The position numbers and the translations under genes are program-made. Shown in pieces: positions 1 to 11,413 of a stretch of 64,000 nucleotides of DNA. The stretch is taken from positions 16,492,001 to 16,556,000 of the forward strand of contig NC_045710.1 in assembly GCF_009834535.1 (NCBI RefSeq), in the 5' to 3' direction. The notes beneath the pieces were generated by a model. It saw nothing but the letters and a program-made list of their open reading frames with translations, made no database searches and was not told the DNA's origin. The DNA comes from Camelus ferus. Lineage: Eukaryota. How positions within the stretch are numbered: the stretch's first letter is position 1; each line of letters starts with the position of its first letter.

Positions 1-31
1 CTATCCAGTGACTTTAAAATTGTGAATTTTG

Positions 32-185
32 AGGGGAGGGTATAGCTCAAGTGGTAGAACACATGCTCAGCAGCATGAGGTCCTGGGTTCAATTCCCTGG
101 TACCTCCTTTAAAAATAAATAAATAAATAAATAAGTAAAACTAATTACCTCCCCCCAACAACAACAACAACAAAATTTAAAAAAA
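32..185 (+). mobile_element. Camelid tRNA-Ala-derived SINE (Vic-1 type), full length
   Basis: tRNA-like head (tagctcaagtggtag...gggttcaattccc) followed by (AAAT)n, (CAA)n and an A tail. Exact target-site duplication ttaaaattgtgaattttg at 14-31 and 186-203. Confidence 0.9.
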
Positions 186-673
186 TTAAAATTGTGAATT
201 TTGCAGGGTCAGGAGTATGTAAATTTTTTTTGTTTTCCTTTAATTGTTGTAGCAGGAGTGCTGGCCCGTGCAAACTTCTGAATTCTACCCAAAGAATAGA
301 AGTCCTGTCCTGCTCTCTTTATATTTCCTTTTTATCCCCCATCCTGAGTTTTGCTGGAATGAATGACACTACTTTGTTTCTGTTTCTTTGTGATTTGGAA
401 GTTCCATGTCCTATTTTCTGGTTTCATAGTCTCTAACAATTTTAACAAATATTTTTATTTAAACATCAATAATTATATGACTCCCCTCATATAAGACAAA
501 GGCTTTATTTTGCTTTATTTCCTCATCTCCCCTCTCTGGCTTCTCAGCCTTTATGGATGGTCACAGCTCCTTAAATGGTCATCTGCCCTTGAGTCTGTTA
601 CTTCTGATGGCATCTCCACCTCACAGCCCGAGAAATCTTGTATGTATATATGTATGTATGTATGTATATATAT

Positions 674-828
674 ACATTTTTTTAATAGAAGTATAGTCAG
701 TTTATAATGTGTCAATTTCTGGTATACAGCATAATGCTTCAGTTGTACATAAATATACATATATTCATTTTCATATTCTTTTTCATCATAAGTTATGACA
801 AGATGTTGAATATAGTTCCCTGTGCCCA
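674..828 (-). mobile_element. L1 3'-end fragment
   Basis: Resembles the reverse complement of an artiodactyl-type L1 3' UTR (atagaagtatagtcagtttataatgtgtcaatttctgg...aatatagttccctgtgc). Preceded by a (TATG)n/(TA)n tract. Confidence 0.7.
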
Positions 829-1473
829 GGAATCTTTGTGGAGTGATCAACCCTCCCCTACTGAACCCTTCAGTAGCTTCCTATAACCCTCCCAATAAGG
901 TCCAGACTCAACTTAGCATGTAAGGTGATCTCTGGGCCCTGCCACCTTTTCTGGCTTCATCTAAAAAAATCCCTTCTCCCTAAAGAAAAGAAGTATAATA
1001 AAGCTGCAGAAGCATCTGGGTCAGGTCAGCACGTGAGGGAATCACCACATGGTGATGGGCCTCTGCACCCCCACCTGCCCTTTCCCTCTGCAACAAGCCT
1101 CTGAAGGGCTGGGACTGTCTGACTTTCCTTGGTGTTCCCAGCACTGAGCTGGAATGTAGTAGATGGTGAGTGAATGCTTGTTGGATAAAGGCATGAATGG
1201 AGGGATGAAGGAGAAGGCCATTTCTCTGGACAGGCCTGGGCTTTTCCCAGGGCAGGAATGGAGGAGCCCTGGGAAACCTGAGAGGACACACTCGGAGGTG
1301 CCTCAGGTGGCTGTTCAATAAAATAAGGAAAGACTCGAAGAGCAAGGTGGCTGTGGTCATCAGAGACAGTTAATTACAGAAAGCATAAACCTTCTCAAGT
1401 TTGAAAAAAAAAAAAAAAAAAAGGAGGGGGCCTGGCTGTGTTAGAAAGCACTGGCCTGCCTGGAAGCCACAGT

Positions 1474-1828
1474 GTCCCCGTCTGTTCAGGCCATTGTAAC
1501 ACGATACGAGACCGGGTGGCTTATCAATGACAGAAATGTACTTCTCACAGAGGCGGGGAAGTCCAAGATCAAGGTGCCGGCGGCTCAGTGTCTGGTGAGG
1601 ACCGCTTCCTGGCTCAGAGACGGCACCTTCTGGCCGTGTCCTCATCTGGTGGAGGTGCTGAGGGTGCTCTCTCAGCCCTGTTTTCTGAGGGCGCTCGTCC
1701 CATTCATGAGGGCAGAGCTCATGACCTCATGACCTAGTCACCTCCCAGAGATTCCTCCAGTAATACCATCGCACTGGGGGTTAGGTTTCAGCGAATTCTG
1801 TGGGCAGACACACAGTCAGTCCATAGCA
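1474..1828 (-). mobile_element. MaLR LTR (MLT1A/B/C-like)
   Basis: Typical MLT1 motifs: ggtggcttatcaatgacagaaatg, aagtccaagatcaaggtgccggc, and the terminus cagtccatagca (reverse complement of tgctatggactg). Confidence 0.8.
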
Positions 1829-2274
1829 ATCAGGAAGATAGCCAGGCTGCTTTGGGGACCACGAGGCCAGTCCTTTCCCCCCTGGGACTGTGTGGCTTTC
1901 ATCATAGCTTCTCTTTGTGAACCTGCTTCCTTTCCTTTCTCTGCTTTCATATGCCTTTCCTGGAAAATGGATAGCCTCGTCCTGCCTTTCTGGATTGAGC
2001 CCTCCGAGGCTGCCTGGAGCCCCTCTGTCCCAGTTTCAACCTGGGCCAAGTGCCTCAGCTACAGCCTGAGAAGAGTCCCATGACCCACTGCCTAAGGGCG
2101 GTGCCAGCAGGGGTGTGGGCAGGGCAGACTGATTGATTGACAGCCACCAAGCAATGTTTTCTCAGTCTCTCCTTTTCATAAAGTGAGTGTTGAGTTCACA
2201 AACTTAATTTTCAGACAGTTATTGGGGTACAATAATTCTACCTGTACTGAGTTAAATTCTACTTTTCTTTGCAG

Positions 2275-2419
2275 TCCCCAAAAGCTTATCTGTGCAGAAG
2301 AGAAATATCCGCCTGGTAAAGAGAAAAACACTATCAACCCAAGTCAGACTGTTTTTGAAAGGCAGTTTCACTCTTTGAAGGTCAGCCCGGAGAGTAAAAG
2401 GCATGAGAAGAAGGGTCTG
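2275..2419 (+). CDS. FAM228A: FAM228A coding exon (SPQKLICAEE...FERQFHSLKVSPESKRHEKKGL)
   Basis: Acceptor ttttctttgcag ending at 2274 and donor CTG|gtgagc at 2420. The peptide resembles the recalled human FAM228A C-terminus (SPEKLIYADKK...FERQFLSSKLSQ...ERKGLVSRGLG). If the donor is skipped, the frame reads on to a stop at 2507-2509. FAM228A is the known convergent neighbour of ITSN2. Confidence 0.8.
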
Positions 2420-4014
2420 GTGAGCAGGGATCTGGGGGGAGCAGGGCTGGAATGGCACAGCTGTACAACTCCCACCCTGACAGTGAGCACTGAGTCCAGA
2501 ATCTACTGACAAATCCCTCCCTCTCACGTGGGCTCCCAGGGCAGAGCAGGTAGTAACTTCAGGAGGGAGTGAAAAAGAGGGGGCAAAGGAAGATTAATTT
2601 TAAGCAGAAGCAGCAGTGGGGTTGCTGCTGGGCTCAGTGCTGCTGCCCAGCCGGGCACCCTTCTGCAGGGGAGCCATGCGTGAAAACCTTCAGAAAAGAA
2701 ACAGATTGTGGGACCCTGGACCCCACTTTCGTGGGACAGATTGTGCCTTACAAGGTGAGGGATCTGCCTTATAAGATTTCCTCGGCTCTTTTTCCTGAGT
2801 TTTTTCTCTTCTGACATTTTCCTACCATTTACTACATATTACATCCAAATCAGACCAAAAATTTGTTCTCCTTAGTTCAGTTACAGTAGGTAGGAACCTT
2901 TTGAAATGAAATTTATACTAAAAAAATCTAGGGCAAAATGTAGTCTAGCTATATAAAAGGTACTTACATGCAGGAAATTTCCATGCACACATTTCCTGTC
3001 CAGAGCTCACACCCCAGTTGGCACAGCTGACAGCTCACGGCCTATTTCCCCTTCCACCCTCTCTCCCACACCCTGTCCCCTAAAGCCCAAGGGTTAGGAC
3101 GCTTCCAGGGGAGGTTCAGGGCACTTGGTAGGTAATGGGTTCGAGCCCTCCCGAGTGATCTGTAGATCTTTGTGTCTCCTTCACCCACCAGCCTGGCCCC
3201 TTCCCTCCACCACACACAGAGCTGTCTTTCTAGCTTGAGAACCTTGTTAGTTAGGTATTTTGTGAGCCAGCTCCTCCCCAGTTCCACTGTTCTCCCCAGT
3301 CTCTCCAGAGAGAAGCAGGGGCTCCCTGTGTGGTCAGTTCCCTCTGAGCATAATTCTGTCTGAGAGCACAGGGAGCCCTCAGTCAGGTCTGAACACATCA
3401 GCTCGGCCCTCACAGCAGGGTAGCCTAACTGCTGTTCTCAAGAGGTCAAAAAGTGGAGTATGGTTTACGCACACTGGGAGTTTATTTTTCATTCCTGTAC
3501 CAGAGCTGGGTGGGTCTGCAGGTCGGTAGGCCATCCCTGTTTCTTGCAGTCTTTCAGGCCCCTGGCTGAAGGAACGTTTGTCATCTCCGCACCTGGCTTC
3601 CAAGGTTGCCTCGGGAACTCACTCCTGTCAGCCTGAGAAGGGAGAGGTCACGGAGGAATTCTGCCCTGGGAGTGTAGGTGGATGGGGACCCAGTCACCAG
3701 GCGGCTCCTAACTGCAGGGAGTAGGTGCTGGGAAGAGCAGTCCCTGGCCGCTCTGAGCAGTGACAGGGAGAGCAGTGTCTCGTGGACAGCTGGTCATCTC
3801 TGCTACACCATAAAAAGGTAGTGCTGCGTGGAGTCCAGAGATACGGAAGCCCTGTCTGAGAGCTGCAGACACCAGACAGAGTGAGGGGGAGGTGAGGAGG
3901 GGCTAGGAAGCTGGCCTGGGAGATGAGTGGCCATGGGCATCGGCCCGGAAGTTCCTCTCTGCCCCGTAAGCCCCTCTTCCCCACCCTACACTCAGCTCTC
4001 CTCTTCTGTCGTAG

Positions 4015-4161
4015 GCTTTAGGAGGCAGACAGCACAGGCCCCGATCCTGGACGGTGGGGGAAGGCCAGCAGAGGTGGGGGTCCCAGCCCGCGGAGAGAAG
4101 AGTGATGACAGCAGAGGTCCTGGCGCAGCACCTGGCCGCCCTGCAGCGGGGAGTCAGGTGA
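4015..4161 (+). CDS. FAM228A: Probable terminal coding exon of FAM228A (ALGGRQHRPRSW...VMTAEVLAQHLAALQRGVR*)
   Basis: Acceptor ctcctcttctgtcgtag ending at 4014. Phase 0 matches the 2419 donor. 48 open codons end at TGA 4159-4161, and AATAAA follows at 4197-4202. Confidence 0.6.
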   Translation, partial: ALGGRQHRPRSWTVGEGQQRWGSQPAERRVMTAEVLAQHLAALQRGVR

Positions 4162-4196
4162 GGTGGCCAGGAATCCTGCCCCAAGGGACCGCTTGT

Positions 4197-4202
4197 AATA
4201 AA
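4197..4202 (+). terminator. Candidate poly(A) signal of FAM228A
   Basis: AATAAA 36 nt after the TGA, followed by a T/GT-rich tract (tttagtttgtagt). Confidence 0.55.
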
Positions 4203-4300
4203 GCTTTGCTGAACTTTAGTTTGTAGTACTTGTACAACAGTTAAAGTACTGCCCACGTCTTTTCTCTCCAGAAGTGGAAAAATATTGCAAGCAATATCCA

Positions 4301-4450
4301 AATAAGAACAGCTACTGTTTACTGAGCTCCTGTTGTGAATCAGAAACTGCATGAGGTATCTTATATTCGTTTAAAAAATTTCCTAGCAAGGCAGTAGTAT
4401 CATCTCCAGTACATGAAGCTCAGAGGTTCGGTAGCTTGCTCAAGGTCAAC
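4301..4450 (-). mobile_element. MIR
   Basis: Reverse MIR core: gctactgtttactgagc...gaagctcagaggtt...cttgctcaaggtca. Confidence 0.65.
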
Positions 4451-6048
4451 TGCAGAATTTGAAAGTGTTCTTTTTTCCAGGTGCAGTCCCCCTGGTGCCG
4501 AAGCACACGCTCCCTCACCAGGGCACACGCCCTCCTCACAGCCACTTGGACTTTTTGAGGTTAGTCAGACTGCTCAGAATTTGGGTTCCCCCCGGAGGGT
4601 GGAGCTGCCCCACTGGCCTGCCAGGGCGCCCGAGAGGGGCTTGCTGGACACTCCTCAAGCCGCTCAGCCCCTCCCCAGGCGATGTAGTCCCAGGGTGCCC
4701 CCTCCCTTTCCTTGCCTTTCAGAAAACCAGGCTCATGTTTTAGTCAGGAGAGAATGTGATTTCTTAAGGAGCAAAGCTGTGTTCCTAAGTCCAAAGGGGT
4801 GACTGGAGTTGCTGGAAGTACTTACATTAAAAATCCTGTCGTTTCGTAGAAGCCATCTGACTCACATCCTGCGAGCTCCTCTGTCCAAATCGGACGAGAA
4901 CCCTGACACATCTAATAAAGGAGAAATGGCACTGGCCACAGTTCATCCCACGAGGAAGTCCCACAGACCCAGGAAAGGGCTATCCTGTAGCTTTGTCATA
5001 GGTAACCCCAGAACTGGTTTTAAGCCTGCCTGACCCATCAGTGATAACCTTATGCTCTGAAAGTCAGCTGGTCAGAGGCCGACTTCCTGACATCAGCCCA
5101 CACCCACCTCCATAACCAGCACAGCCCGCTTCCCCAGGCCCTGTAGAAGAGCAGCACTTTGCTTTGCTCAGTGCAGCTGAGCCTGACCAGCCAGACCGTC
5201 CCTAAATTAAGCAACACACTCAGTTGTCTGTGTTCAGATATTGGTGTGTCTCTTCCTTTGACACTGTGCCGTATTTCCTTTATGTCTGTTTTAGCCAACT
5301 CGGTGTCCAGGATCAATACCTGGAATGATGGATTTTTTTTCACTTGAATATTCTGAATTATGTTTTCCAGTTTTTATTTGCTCGGTGATTACATTATGAC
5401 AGAAACAAGGGCTATGGTGGAGGGACACTTGACTCCTTCCTTCCTTCCAGCTCCTAGAGAAGACCTGCTCCCTGAGAAATCAGGGCTAAAAGACAGATCT
5501 TTTCCCAGTTGTATTCATTAACCCAGGGATCTAGTGTCTAAGACCTTATTTTTATCAATGTTCAAGGCAGATTTCACACTTCAAAATCTAGAGGCCGAGG
5601 AAGCAGGTCTGACAACTGTGGATGTGGCTCTGACAGGATTGGGGCAGGGGGAAAGGCAGGTGCTTCTGGAGCTGGAGGGGCCGAGGGGCCCGCTGCCAAG
5701 GTTTAACTCTGGTGCATTTTCTTCATGGCTAAGTCACCCCGAAGTTTCTACTCAACTAGGCAAGCAGAGGGGCTCACAAGGGGACAGTCTAGCTCCCACA
5801 GAGATCAGCCATTCTAGCCATCAAAGAAACTGAGCCCCAGAAACAGTAGGTCAAGTGACTGGAGTCACAGAGCAAGCCAATGGCAGTCAAGTGAGTGCTT
5901 CCCCTCCATATTCTGTCCTTGGTTTTTCTCCCTGTTGCAGAAAGGAAATTTGGTTTTGTCATAAGCAACCCCTGAAGTCACCTTTTAAAAGCCTTTCACA
6001 TAGAAAATAAGTCAGGCTTTGAAGAAGTTACATTCATAAACTTATATT

Positions 6049-6054
6049 TTTATT
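6049..6054 (-). terminator. Candidate distal poly(A) signal of ITSN2-L
   Basis: AATAAA on the minus strand about 720 nt after the stop, with a T-rich tract beyond it. Other AATAAA hexamers occur at 6295-6300 and 6600-6605. Confidence 0.55.
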
Positions 6055-6775
6055 CTCTTTCTGTACATATTGGCAATGATAAAGCTTAAAGATGCATGTC
6101 CTGTGACATACACAAAAACAAGGACTTTACATAAATAATTTATACTTCAGAAAATTAAAGTTGAAAAATATTTTCCGTGTCATTTGAGTTCACAGTATTT
6201 AAAGGAAATCAAGCTTTCCCCCTTAGATTTCAGACTACATAGCCTCAGCAGAGGATGGTAAAATCTAACCAGGAATAAAATGATTGAGTTTGTTTTTATT
6301 CAGTGCACAAGCAGACACTATGTCGGTATCAGGCTGTTCCCAGGCGGAGGCTGCAGCATTTCTTCCAGTCCTTCACCTCCTGAGTGGCCAGTGACCCAGC
6401 AGAGGTCACGTGGCATGGAATGGTTAGAGCATCACCCAAACCACCCACAGTGGACACATTCAACCAAGTGGTAACGTCTGGTGGTCTGATGCCTCATTTC
6501 CACGTAATACTTTTTATAGCCCTGAAAATGGAAACCTTGGCATCTAAACACAGCCGAACATGTTAACACTAATACAAGGCACTGTACTATGGGGTTTGGT
6601 TTATTTATAGGAAGGATCATGTTTGCATAGATTGCTAGTGATTTAGTGTGCAATAAAATAGAGGCCTGGCGCGCGCGGCCTTGCAATGGGTGAAGCCGCC
6701 TGACGCTCCTCCAGCTGAGGGGCCGCGCCGGCGGTCTTCTCCAGCCCAGGCCCAGAGGGCAGACCCCCGAGGCCC

Positions 6776-6933
6776 CTACAGGAGAGTTTTTTGCTCAAAA
6801 AGCTGCAGGTCAAAGCGGACCCAGACCTCCCCGGTGGGGACCTCGTGCAGCAGGAGTCGGCGGGTTGTAGGGCCTTTGCTTTCCTGTTCTGTTCGAATTT
6901 TTGCCACTGCAACTTCGGTGCGACCCAGGAAAT
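6776..6933 (-). CDS. ITSN2: ITSN2 last coding exon, C2 C-terminus ([12 protein letters not shown]...FEQKTLL*)
   Basis: Acceptor at 6934-6935 and TAG at 6776-6778. 158 nt, in phase with the preceding exon. Matches the intersectin-2 C-terminus. Confidence 0.97.
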
Positions 6934-7439
6934 CTGGTGAATAGACACGTGAGAGTCAGAAGTCTGTCTTCTTTAAAAAAATTGTTAAAAACTACCACAG
7001 GGGGAGTATCTGAAGCAGGATTCATAAAACCTTCAAATCTAAGACAAGTAGCTTCTTCTGGTCAAGGGCTGTTGTACACTGTGAATGGATGTGTGCAGAA
7101 TGAGGGGTTTGTGTGAGGGAAACTGCCTCTTGGGAATCCAAGTCTCTTTGGTTGGGGAATGTCTCACCCCCTCAGGCGGTGCCAGGAGCACAGCGTTTCC
7201 ATTAGGGAAGCAGAGGTAACTGGGGTCAGAGACCTGAAACAAAACTGAGGCCACCCAGCCACCCCTTCCTCCTGAGAAGGTGCCCCACCTGCTGCCACTG
7301 TGAACTACTGAGGACCATGGCCTGTGTCACTGCCCTTCAGTGTCAAGGGGCGACAACAAGTCAGAGCACCCTGGCTCCGGACCCTGGATCCTAGAGTACA
7401 GGGGGACCTCCAGACCCCCTCCCCGAGTTATACTTTTAC

Positions 7440-7613
7440 CATCTGGTGAAAACTGGTCTCTGTCGAACATGGTGAGACACAGCACATCCTGATAAAGATC
7501 CTTAATAAAGAACTGGCAGTTAAAATTCCACTTGGGATTTAGTGTGTCCTGGAGGGTCCTGGTGGTGTAGCTCTGGGAGCCCATGCTGATTTCACAGTAT
7601 GGATTGCTCTTTC
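7440..7613 (-). CDS. ITSN2: ITSN2 exon, C2 domain ([14 protein letters not shown]...DRDQFSPD)
   Basis: tgttcag acceptor, G|gtaaaa donor, 174 nt. Confidence 0.97.
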
Positions 7614-7954
7614 CTGAACAAAAACAGACCAGCATGCATGTGATAACGAGGTCTTCTTGAGCAGAAGCAGGATCCAAACAGATGCTTCTCCGTGGACCAG
7701 GGCAGCAGGGGCCACTGCTGGAGGGCCCGCCTCTGCCCTGTGGTCTCTGTTCCCATTGCTGAAGCATCATAAACCCCAGGAGTGACCACGCAGGCTGCAC
7801 CGCCAGGGCGGCTCCCCGGGGGCGTGTGTCAGAGTAGTGTGATTTGTGCTTTCTCCACTCAGAGCACTGAGGAAGGAGGCACTGGAAGTTACTGGGAAAA
7901 CAGAGTGATGATAATATTGGTCTGATAACCATTTTAGTGGCACTGGAAGTATTT

Positions 7955-8078
7955 GTTTTCCTTTTTTTCGGAGGGGGAGGTAATTAGGTAATTATTTATT
8001 TACTTTTATAATAGAGGTACTGGGGACTGAACCCAGGACCTTGTGCACACACTTTACCACTGAGCTGTACCCACCCCC
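7955..8078 (-). mobile_element. Camelid tRNA-derived SINE
   Basis: gaggtactggggactgaacccaggacc...ccactgagctgtaccc plus the taattagg tail motif. Confidence 0.85.
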
Positions 8079-8173
8079 AACTTTTTAAACGTGTCCCATT
8101 ATTCAATGTTCAGAAGAGTCATCAGCAAAGCACGAGGTAGCTACCATGTCTGCAGGATGAAGGAAGCATTTAC

Positions 8174-8257
8174 CATTTGGTTTACAGGCTTTCAGTTCCG
8201 TAGCTTCAATGACATGCACCATCAGACGCCCAATGCCTGAAGTCTTTTGAGAGCGAG
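8174..8257 (-). CDS. ITSN2: ITSN2 exon, C2 start ([28 protein letters not shown])
   Basis: ttttgtag acceptor, G|gtaaat donor, 84 nt. Confidence 0.97.
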
Positions 8258-8751
8258 CTACAAAAGAGGAAGACGAACGACATTAATTTCTCCTGAAAAT
8301 GCAGATAGCACAGTGATGATGCTAAGCTGCAGATACTCACAGTCTGTCTTCCAGCCAACCCCAGAACTCCCCAGTCTCACCTGTCACTGAACTGGGCCTG
8401 GCAGACAAGCACTTGGCTGCTCTGTGCCTTGGCCTGTGCCTTGGCCGTGTCACCAGCTGGGATACCCTGCTGCCATCTCTGTCCGTCAGCATCCTACACA
8501 TCCTTCAAGATGTAGATCCAATCTCACATCTCATCTCCCAGACCCCTTCCCTCCTCCGTGCATCCATTATCCTTGCCTTCTGAGCATCCCACAGCCTGCT
8601 GGGTCTGAAGTTCTGTGTCAGTCCATGTCCTCTGCCAGGAGGGGCCGTGGCAGAGCAGATTGTTTATTTAATATCCCTGTATTAACCCCTCAACTTCTGG
8701 CAAATAGTAATATTAGTAACATAATATGTCACAGTCATTCAGCACTTAAAA

Positions 8752-8935
8752 GCAGCTAACATTTATTGGATACTTACTTTGTGTTAGGCATGTGCTCAGC
8801 CACTACATATGTTACATGACTTAAGGTACCTGTATAACTGCTATTCCCGTATCTGAGAAAGCTGAGTCTTAGAAAGGACTATGACATGCTTACGTCACAG
8901 AGCTTCTAAATGGCAGGGCCAGAACTTAAACATCA
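8752..8935 (-). mobile_element. MIR
   Basis: agctaacatttattggatacttactttgtgttaggc...gagaaagctgagtcttagaaagg. Confidence 0.65.
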
Positions 8936-10630
8936 GATACCAAAGCCTATTTTCTTAACCACTCACCATAATTCTAATTATATGTAGACACTTCAGCTTC
9001 TAAAGTTTTACTTAAGACATTATTCTACTCAAGGAAGTACTCAAAACCACTTTTAATATGGAGAGAAGTGAGTCAGTGAACTCAGATTATCTTGACAAAT
9101 ATAAAGTCAGTCAGGCAGGGGAGGGGTTTAGAAACTAAACAAAAAGCTGCCTGGTGAGCGACTGATCTTTCAAAACTCAGGGCACGTAGAACCTTCTCTA
9201 TGAGAAGTCTCTGCCCCTCCCAGCATGGCACGTGTATTCAGCTCCCCCTTGAAGGCAGGGCTGGGCCATATTCATCTTTGTAGGCCCAGGTAAGCCCAGC
9301 ACCGGGCCTGGCACAGAGTAAGTAATCAATAAATGTCTAAAGAATTGAACACGTGGAAAATGCATAACAATATGTACAGATGTTGATGTTAAGCAAAACT
9401 AATACAGAAAAACTTTGATTTATATCTTTGACCAATTAAGAGATCATTATGTGCTTTCTGAGAGGATTCAATCATTGATTTTTTCAATAGCAAGCCTTTA
9501 AAGCACTATTAAAATAAGATTCAATTAGCAGAAGCTGATTTACACATACCTTTCAGGAGTATATAACAAAATAAGGGAAACCTGAATAAAAAAACATAAA
9601 GAGCTGCAACTGCAGCAGCCAGGAACGTAAGTGGGAGGACTGGTCAGGGAAGGGCCACGTGCCCCGGCCTGGTGGGAGACTGGCTGTGTCACTGGGAGAG
9701 GGGACGGCTGGGAAAATGGGGACGAGAACCACGGAGGGAACATACGGGACTCGGCAACTGACTAGAGAGGCCTGGGGGGTCAGAGAGCATGTTTCCAGTG
9801 TCTGTGGCCAAGGACAACACTGCCATCCACAGAGATCTCCTGGAAGGAGGCTGGCTAATCCCACAGGAGGAGCAGAGCAGGTGTGTCTGGAGAGAGTGAC
9901 CACTGAGACTGGGTGATGTGAAGGGGAGAGGCTCAGGCAAGGGCAGAACTCCCAGGGTACAGCAGGGGAAGCAGAATTAGGAAGGAGGTGATGAAAGAAG
10001 ATTTGGTGGTAGGAGGACCCTCGGGGTATCATGGGGTGCAGGGGGAGGGAGGTGCCTCGATTTCCTGCCATTGGGTAAACCGAGCCAAGTTTGGGGGGTC
10101 ACTGGTGTCATGTGATGAGCTCTTTGCAGAGTGATGGGGACAACAAGTGGTGTGAAGGCTGTGAGTGGGGCAAGGGGGCAAGTTAAGGTCCAGGACCTGG
10201 TGTCGGCAGAGGGAGGCTGGTGGATCTGGAGGAGGGCTTGGGTAGAGGCTGGGCGCTGGAGGAGGAGCAGCGGGCTGATGAGCTGAAGGGAAACAGGCCA
10301 TAGAAGTGAAGTTTGATGGAGCCAAATGGACCAAGTGGAGGTGGGTCTGGTTGTGCAAAGAGAGGACCCCTCTTCCTGGAAACAGGAGTGAAGAATGGGT
10401 GTGTGGGGAGGAGGGACAAAGACTTCACCACAGAGAGAGGGGGTTCCCCCTGTCTGTGCAATGGACAGTGGGGCTCCTGCTGTCCGGTCTTGCAGTAAGT
10501 CTGGACTTTCAGGCCATTCCCATTTACCCACTTCACTGCAGGAGCAGAGGCTTGTGTCCACAAGGTGGGACCCGCCCCCTCCCCCGGGGCCCTGTGGCTG
10601 GTTCCGACCCTCCAGGGCACCACCTACTAC

Positions 10631-10713
10631 CTTGATAAGCCTTCTCCCGTTTCTTCTTTTCGGTGTCGATGTACTGTTCAGACGCAGCCTTGATCTTCTG
10701 GACCCAGGCCGTC
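10631..10713 (-). CDS. ITSN2: ITSN2 exon, PH end ([28 protein letters not shown])
   Basis: ctcctccag acceptor, G|gtagta donor, 83 nt. Confidence 0.97.
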
Positions 10714-11413
10714 CTGGAGGAGAAGCAGAGAGCAGCCATCGGGCGGCTTTCCCACACCAGGTCCCCCAGGAGCCCCAGGGCTCTGCACTCGCTAACCTTG
10801 GCTTTGACAAGTTCCTAGTCACAGCCCTAACATTAATTCAACCCAAAGACTCGCCTGCCAATTAAGGATCAAGCTGAGAATTTCCAGACAATTCTTGACG
10901 GCACCTGGCACTTCTGGGGCAGAGGGAGAGGATGTGGTGCCAGCTCAGCATGACAGGATGACAGGTCTACTGCACAGAGAGCTGCACACACAGAGGAGGG
11001 GGCGCTCCACCCAAGGACGTGGGACGGGCAGAGCAGACGCTCTGGCTGGAGTGCAGGGCCTGTGCGGCGCAGGGGTGGGACTGGGGCCGAGAGGCACAGG
11101 AGGGACTCAGGAAGCAGGTGAAGGAGCAAGACTGTCCCTGAGGGATTTCGGCAGGAAGTGAGGTGTTGGCTCTCCCATTTCAGGAGATCCTGGGGAGGCA
11201 CTGGAATCAGGGGAGTGTGTTACGGGCGTTTGTGGTAACCTGGCATGTCTAAATCAAGGCCCACCAGTGGGACTGGGGTGGAGGAGACTGGCTGAGGCGC
11301 TGAGGATGCAGAATTAGTAGGGCGTGAGCACAGACTGGAGGAGGTTTATGGCCGAGGAAGAGGTCAGGCTTTCTCCTAGACTTCCAGGCAGGCCACACGT
11401 GGTCAGGACTGAC

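Noticed and set aside
32-110. tRNA-Ala-like cloverleaf, also in the other SINE copies (tgcttagcatgca stem-loop)
   Set aside because: These are SINE heads with A-rich tails and target-site duplications, not tRNA genes.
225-620. Two strong plus-strand acceptor-like tracts (AG at 251-252 and near 547-548) as possible upstream FAM228A exons
   Set aside because: I found no convincing donor in a compatible phase and no recognisable FAM228A peptide.
4481-4802. Further plus-strand exon after ttttttccag, entered from a possible donor at 4158
   Set aside because: Stop plus AATAAA explains exon 4015 more simply as terminal. The acceptor sits at a MIR edge and the peptide is low-complexity and Pro-rich.
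10023-10049. Plus-strand G4 consensus GGGG-N6-GGGG-N4-GGGGG-N1-GGG
   Set aside because: It is mid-intron on the template strand with no other support, and such motifs are common in G-rich introns.
9977-10822. 281-aa minus-strand ORF and overlapping 100-170 aa ORFs at 9.5-11.2 kb
   Set aside because: They lie in GC-rich intron with few stops, cross the real exon out of frame, and show no domain features.
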